A stretch of 63,944 nucleotides of DNA, counting the filler, from Conidiobolus incongruus B7586 (lineage: Eukaryota): NCBI GenBank assembly GCA_000697335.1. It is 17 parts of 17 records of this genome, joined end to end, with 100 filler letters (N's around TTAATTAATTAA, not from the genome) between each part and the next. Parts side by side here need not be neighbours in the genome. Positions count along the whole stretch, not along the records: positions 50,191 to 61,986 come from JNEM01003790.1; positions 62,087 to 63,944 come from JNEM01003791.1; 15 more parts are not named here. One strand, given 5' to 3'. Under the pieces are notes generated by a model, which was given only the letters and a program-made list of their open reading frames with translations, had not been told where the DNA came from and did not search any database. Numbering within the stretch: the stretch's first letter is position 1; each line of letters opens with the position of its first letter. Of this stretch, positions 57,004 through 63,944 are shown one piece after another. Position numbers and translations under genes: made by a program.

Positions 57004-59582
57004 AATTTTAAAACTATTATATGAAAACCTTATAATTATATTTATTAAATTTTATTATATTTTTATTATTAATAAAATAATTTTTAATAACTGAAAATAG
57101 TAATTTATATTAATTTTTTTTAATTTGTGTTATTAATTAAATATTTTATATAAAATTATAAATCTATAATTATCCTTAAATTTTTTTGTTGATGAAAAAT
57201 AATTTGATTGATCACGTGGTATTTGATAAATTACCAATTATACAAATCAATACTTAGAATAGTAATATAATAGTATTATTTTTATATTAACGGATGTCCG
57301 ATTTATATATTGACTTTAAAGATTTGTTCTGCAATGAATTGCTTAACCTCATTATTATTCACAGCTTTTATCTCTATTTCATTTTATATTTCTACTACTA
57401 AATAAATCACTCATTTTACAGATATATTATAAATCAATATATATTAAAAATCTATAATAGATAGCTGGAAATACAAACCTTTTGTTAATTATTTTCGATT
57501 CATTTATTAAACTAAATTACTTTCCAACTCTGAAATGAATGATCATTAGTAATATATTCTAATATATTCAAAAATATTTTTTGAAACTTAATTCAATTTT
57601 ATTAGAATTGAAATTGAGAAAATCTATTGTGAATTTAAATTAAAAATATATATACTATATAATTGATTTAAATTATACCTTTTATTAGTATACACTGTTT
57701 ATTAATGCTAAAAATTTGAACCAAAAATATATATATTGGTCTTAAACAGGTCAAATAAGGTGATAGCTTATTTCAAAGCTTTCATATTTTCTAATATTTA
57801 TCATGTATTATGATATAAATCTGTCTAATGAGACAAAATTAATAGATATATAAATGTGCGATTAACTAATAATTTCTTTATGTACTAAATATAACATTGG
57901 TTTGAATTTCTTTTAAATTATATAAAGTGAATAATGATTTATTTTGAATCAAATTAAATTATTTTAAAATAATTTTAATATAATAATATTTGTTAAAAAG
58001 TAAAAAAATAAAAAAATGACAATAATATATAAAGTAATTATTTAAAATGATCATATAAATAATAATTAATATTGATTTATAAAGTAATAAATTAATTATA
58101 GTCATTTGATTATTCCTATTATTTCAAAAAAATATTTTTCAATTGAGAAGTATTAAAATTATAGCCAAAGTAATATTCATTAAAACTAAGTAATTAGGAT
58201 TAATATAATATTGATTAAATAATAAAATTTAAAGAAAATCTTTATTGATACTATATAAATAACTAAAAAAATTTAAATTGTGTTAATAATACATTATATT
58301 TTGAAATAATTTATTAAAAATTAAATAAAATCTTTAATTTTGAAAGTGATATAAGGTAAAATTTATACCCTACGAAATTCTTTTATTAATGAAATTAAAA
58401 CCCTTAAAGAATTATGGTATAAATTATATTATAGATAATATGTTTCAGCATATAGATTCGCTAAATGTAATTATTTAATGATATTTATAGTATTGGATAA
58501 AATGATTTTAAATTTTATCTATTTATAATATAATTATCAAATAATAATATTTAATCTGATTTCAATAATTTCAAAATCAATAATATTATAATAATATAAT
58601 ATTATTTGAGACTGAGTTTAATTTGTTAAATATATTATATTATATTATATTATATTAGGAAAATTAATAATTTTTTATATCTCGATTACAAATTTGAGTG
58701 ATAATTAATATTAAGACTTTATATTAGTCAAATTCAATTTAATAGAGGTTCAAGTCTAAAAACATTATATGTTTACTTTTGAATTATAAATTTAATCTAT
58801 CAATCATAATATATATTATTACTAACATAATATTAACCATGTTAAAACAAATCGATTACATTATATGTATAATTTGAATTCTTTTAACATTTTATATTTT
58901 CTTTAAAATTTATTATAAATTAATATTAATTCGATAAAAATAATTAAAAATATATTTCTATATGAAAGAATAAAATGGGTAATGGGATTAATATCTTAAA
59001 ATTATTAAAATTAGTTATATTATATTAAATTTTCATACATTTTATTAATTTTTAAATTCCGTAAATTTAAATTTTATTTTGCAGAAAACATATAATTATC
59101 TAACTTAATTGATATTCAGTTATTAAAATTTTTATCAGTGTATAAACCTTTTAATATAGTTTAATTAGCGAGAATTCATTCAATTAATTTGAAATACTTG
59201 AGTTATTGAAGTATTAATTAAAGTACTCCATCAATTCTTTCTATATATTATATTACTGTCATAAATCTATTTTTTTATTTCTATATTTCTGATTACAACA
59301 CATTTTTTCAATTATTTTTCCTTAATTTTTCTATTTTAAGATTATTAATACTATTCTAATAATTTTTCATGGCTCCTTTTCTTAAAAAAGATATATTAAA
59401 ATTAACTAGAATATCTATTATTAAAGAAATTTCTAAAAATTATTAAATAGCGTAATCTATTTAAATGAGTATTAATATTATAAGTAATTTAAATCATATG
59501 ATCGATAGTTTTTGATAGTATTTAATTGAGCTTGGTTTCATTTATTAAGTAGGTTTTCAATGATTAAACTATTGTTTTAAAC

Positions 59583-60031
59583 ATGGAAGCTACAAAAAAC
59601 AAATTCAAACAGAGATGGATTAGGATTAGTCTTTTCATCGGTTTAATAACTTTATTTGTCACTTGTGCTATATTAACTAGGTTTTTCCCTGATATTATTT
59701 TTGGCGTAGTTGCTATCGTTATATTTACTTGTATTATAGTGCTAGTAGCGGTAAATTTATTCTTTCTTTATTCTTTAACCAGAGTACTAATTTTATTTAG
59801 AAATTTGGAAAAAAGAATAAACCAGCTGCAAGAACAAATCCTAATAGCTTGGATGAGTTTGGTTTTGAATACACGACAGAATTGACTGAAATTCCTCCAA
59901 GCTATAATGTTGCAAGCGAAGAGCCACCTTGCTATGATCCTAATTATCAACCAAGTCATAATCCTGGCCAAGTGCTCGTCTCGGCCTATTCTGGTCAAAA
60001 TCAGCCTTCTATAGTGAATAATTCAATGTGA
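59583..60031 (+). CDS. Two-TM membrane protein with PPxY motifs, paralog C (~132 aa, 2 exons)
   Basis: Exons 59583-59750 and 59801-60031 joined by a phase-0 intron with branch site TACTAAT. Two TM helices are followed by PPSY and PPCY. Confidence 0.8.
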
Positions 60032-61953
60032 AATGGGGTTCAACCTGTTAGTCATAGTCCTCAATAATTTTTCGCTAGAATCCAAACAAAAATTTATTAT
60101 CCTGTTTTGAATCAATTTTAGTTGATCTAAAGTATTATTCAATAATGTCAAAGAATACTTGAATATATGGTAATACTGATATTTCTACAAAACTAGCAAA
60201 TCAAACCATTTTTTCCGCATATTTCAATCATCAAGAAAATACAAAAAAAACAATAAATCAAGGTACTTGATTCAGTTTTTCATATATAATTCATTAGTTA
60301 TTAATGCTAAAAAAATTCAGCCAATTTTTAAATATCTATTAACGATTTTAGATTTTATTACAGTTATTTTTATATCACCTTATAAGTCGAAGCTTGAACA
60401 ATTCTTTAACCTATTTTCATAAATTTATTATTTATATTTAATAAGAGTTAATCAGAATTAATTGAATATGAATAATATATCCTTTTAAAAGTAAGCAAAT
60501 ACTCAGTTTTTCCCCTATTTTGAAAATATTGTTTGAAGTTTGAATAATATTATAAAATATAATTTTAAATATTATATCTTTTAACATATCAAACTGTTTT
60601 AATTTTCAAATCATTCTAATAGTATTGAATTCAAATAACAATAAATTTGTTTAAATCCTATTAAGCAATATTTCTTATAATAAAAAAACTTAATGAAATA
60701 TTTAATTATTATAAAAAATATCTAATCAAGTGAAAATTATTAAATTATTTAAAATTTTGCAGAAATATAATGATATTTTAATATCCATTACCACATTCAG
60801 AATTGTTATTTATAATTTTTATAACCACAAAGGTATTTTTCTAACTTGTATAATTAATGTGGTTTGATTTTCATAGTTAAATTAAATATCTAATAAGCCA
60901 TTATCATCTCTATTAAAGCAAATCAATTATTTTAACTCTTAGTATATATTTATTATTTATAGAATATTCCATTAATTTAATCAATATTATTATAGATTAA
61001 TAAGTCCATTTTAAAATTTGATAAAAATTTTAAAAATAAATAAATATATAATAGTCATATTAATGAAATATAATTTGTCACTAATTAAAGTACTCTTTAT
61101 AAAGCTCTATACTTGAAATAGAATTTATAAAAAATTTATAGATAATATATAATAGATATTTAATATGATTTCAAAAAATGGGATATAATTTTCTTGTGCC
61201 GGCTATTTTAATAAAGTTATCATTGATATTAATTTCAAGTATTGAACATAAAATTATTGTCACCTATCAGACAGATTTCAGAGCGGAAATCTAAAGCTTT
61301 TAGGTACCAGATATCTAAAATATGTTTCATCATTATGAAATAATCGTTATATCTTGGTCATTATATCATTATAATGATATTAAGTTATCGAATTAATTAT
61401 ATTATTAATTCAAAATTAATCGCTTAGAAATTTTATATTTTAAATTTAATATTTGATATTAGAATTTTGTAAATTTTATTTAATTTATTAAGTATTAAAT
61501 TTTAATTTTAGCTAATTTGTTATTAGATCGTACTTGTAAAAATATCCAAGGATATATTAACTATAAATCAAAAATATTATAATTGTAATGAGATTAAATA
61601 TAACATTAAAAGTTTTTATCGAGAGATTTTATCAATATTTAAGCTAGAGTTAATATATTATCTATATAGTTAAAATTTATTTGTAAAACTTTTAATATAG
61701 TCTAATTTGAATAATATTTTATCTTAATCATTTTTATTATATTTAAATCTAGCTATTTTCATTTTGGATTATGAAATTATTGAATCTCTTAATATACCAT
61801 TGCTTTGTATTATGAAATATAAACCAAGTTTTAAAAATATACTTAATATATTTTAATATATAGTTTTTAGGTTTAAATAATAATAATTAATATTTTGATA
61901 ATAAATATAATTTACTTTCACTTTTAAAAAGGGAATATATTTGTATTTTTCCA

Positions 61954-61986
<33 letters not shown>

Positions 61987-63944
61987 NNNNNNNNNNNNNN
62001 NNNNNNNNNNNNNNNNNNNNNNNNNNNNNNTTAATTAATTAANNNNNNNNNNNNNNNNNNNNNNNNNNNNNNNNNNNNNNNNNNNNAACCCAAAATTTTA
62101 ATTTATTTTGATATATTCTTATTAATAGATTATATAAATAAAATAGATATATTAATTCTATCAATCTATTATAAAAGTATTAGTCTTTAAATTTTATTTA
62201 ATTAATCAAAATATAGAAATAATAGGTTTTAACTTAATTAAACCATAATAAATAATAAAAAAATACAACCAATTATAATATATTAAAATTTTATTAAAGT
62301 TTAAAGTTTATAATAAATATATTTAACTGATATTAAAAAATTTTAATAACTTTTAATTAAAACTGAAAGATATTTTTTAATTTATTTTCAAGTATGGCAA
62401 ATAATTGAAATTATTATAATGAAATTTAATATTCTAGAATTTTATAAAACTCAGATAATTCCCTATTATATTCTATTATACTTAACCTAGTAATAGAAAT
62501 TAAATTTAAATTAAATATTATTTTGATAAGCTCTTTGTAAGTTATAAATAATTTTAACGGGTTTATGCTTAAATTTAAATAATAATTAAATACAAAATAC
62601 TTCACTTAAAATAATTATTACATTTATTATTATTTAATAAGCGATTTTTAATAGAAGTCTATTAAATAAGAAAAAATGATATATTTTTATATATAGTTTA
62701 AAACTATACTTTCTTTTATCCATTCTTTATATAATTTTTTTCCAAATCAATAATATATTTGAAAAATAAAAAATTAAAAAATTACTTATTTTTTTATTAT
62801 TAAAATAATTTGATACAGGAATTTAAACTTAATATTAAAAAAGTTTATTGAATTTTTTAACTTAACTTATAAATAAAATAATATTAATATTCTTTTATTA
62901 TTGATATAGTCTTAAAGCTTAAACTATTTATTTCAATATATAATAATTTAATAATAATATTGTCATCCATATTAATAATATTTAATTAATAATTCATAAT
63001 TGCATTTAATAAAAAATTTAAAATTAATTTAATTTTAATAGATAATAAAGAATATTATATATTTATAAAAATAAAGATAATAAAAAATAAATAGCAATTT
63101 TATTTTAATAATCTCTGGTATTATAATTTTAGAATAATTTTAATATTTTTATATTTAGTTAATATAATTTATAATTTAAATATAGCTTAGATATTGTATT
63201 TTGTATTAATTGGTTAAATTTGGCAAATTTGATGATATAAATAATAATTCAATATTATTTTTAATATTATATATTATATTTATTAAATGGAACATAGATT
63301 AGCTATTATTATCTCCATAAATTATAGGTCTGATTACCGTTTATTGAAGAATATATGTCGATATTATATATAATTCAAATTTTTCATTTTATTAATTAGC
63401 CTTCATTTATTAAATTAAGGGATATATATTTGATATTTGGTATTTTCAAAATTTTAATTTATTAATAAAAATTCTATATCAATAGTTTATTTTAATAATC
63501 TTAATCTTTGAACCTTGATAATGGCGTTTGTTTATTAAACGAGATATATATTAATATAACAAATTGGCCTTATAAGTAAATAATTATATATTAATTTCAA
63601 TTGTTGATTACGCTTTGTTAAATTTTTAAGTAATTTTGATTATATCCAAATTTATGTTGAAATTTTATTTTTATGATTTTTGTCATATAATATATAGTCA
63701 TTACTCTAAAGGAAATTCATATTATGTAATAAACTTGATTTATTTTGATAAAATTCATCAATATTATTAAGCATATATAAATTTCTAATTTAAATATTAT
63801 AGTCAAGAAATATAATTTATTAATTATTTTAATTTAATAATATTCACTTGATATGATATAAAATTTTATAAAAATTAAATATTAATAATATTCTCATCAA
63901 TATTGTTTAATTCATATAATATCATAATAATTTAATTTTTTATA

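Noticed and set aside
59768..59998. Minus ORF over paralog C
   Set aside because: Antisense shadow of exon 2.

Overview
Very AT-rich eukaryotic DNA made of 17 short contigs joined by an artificial 100-bp linker (N44-TTAATTAATTAA-N44), so adjacency across linkers means nothing. Short GT-AG introns, an intronless rhodopsin-like GPCR and fungal-type PKC1 suggest an early-diverging fungus, possibly Conidiobolus/Entomophthorales (inference). Genes: RPL35, a truncated Hsp20, an intact 6-exon CDK-like kinase, a decayed PKC1 pseudogene, an HSL-family alpha/beta hydrolase, a 7TM GPCR, and three tandem two-TM proteins with PPxY motifs that share an intron position; two of them also share a GTCACATGATAAA promoter motif. 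Much of the apparent AT desert is transposon DNA erased by C>T/G>A transitions. It includes a near-complete 5.7-kb chromodomain-bearing Ty3/Gypsy element with several partial copies, and Tc1-type transposons, consistent with a RIP-like genome-defence process. Also notable: a GC-rich, intronless, ~550-codon broken reading frame that looks foreign (candidate endogenous RNA-virus element) and two hairpin-containing non-coding islands.
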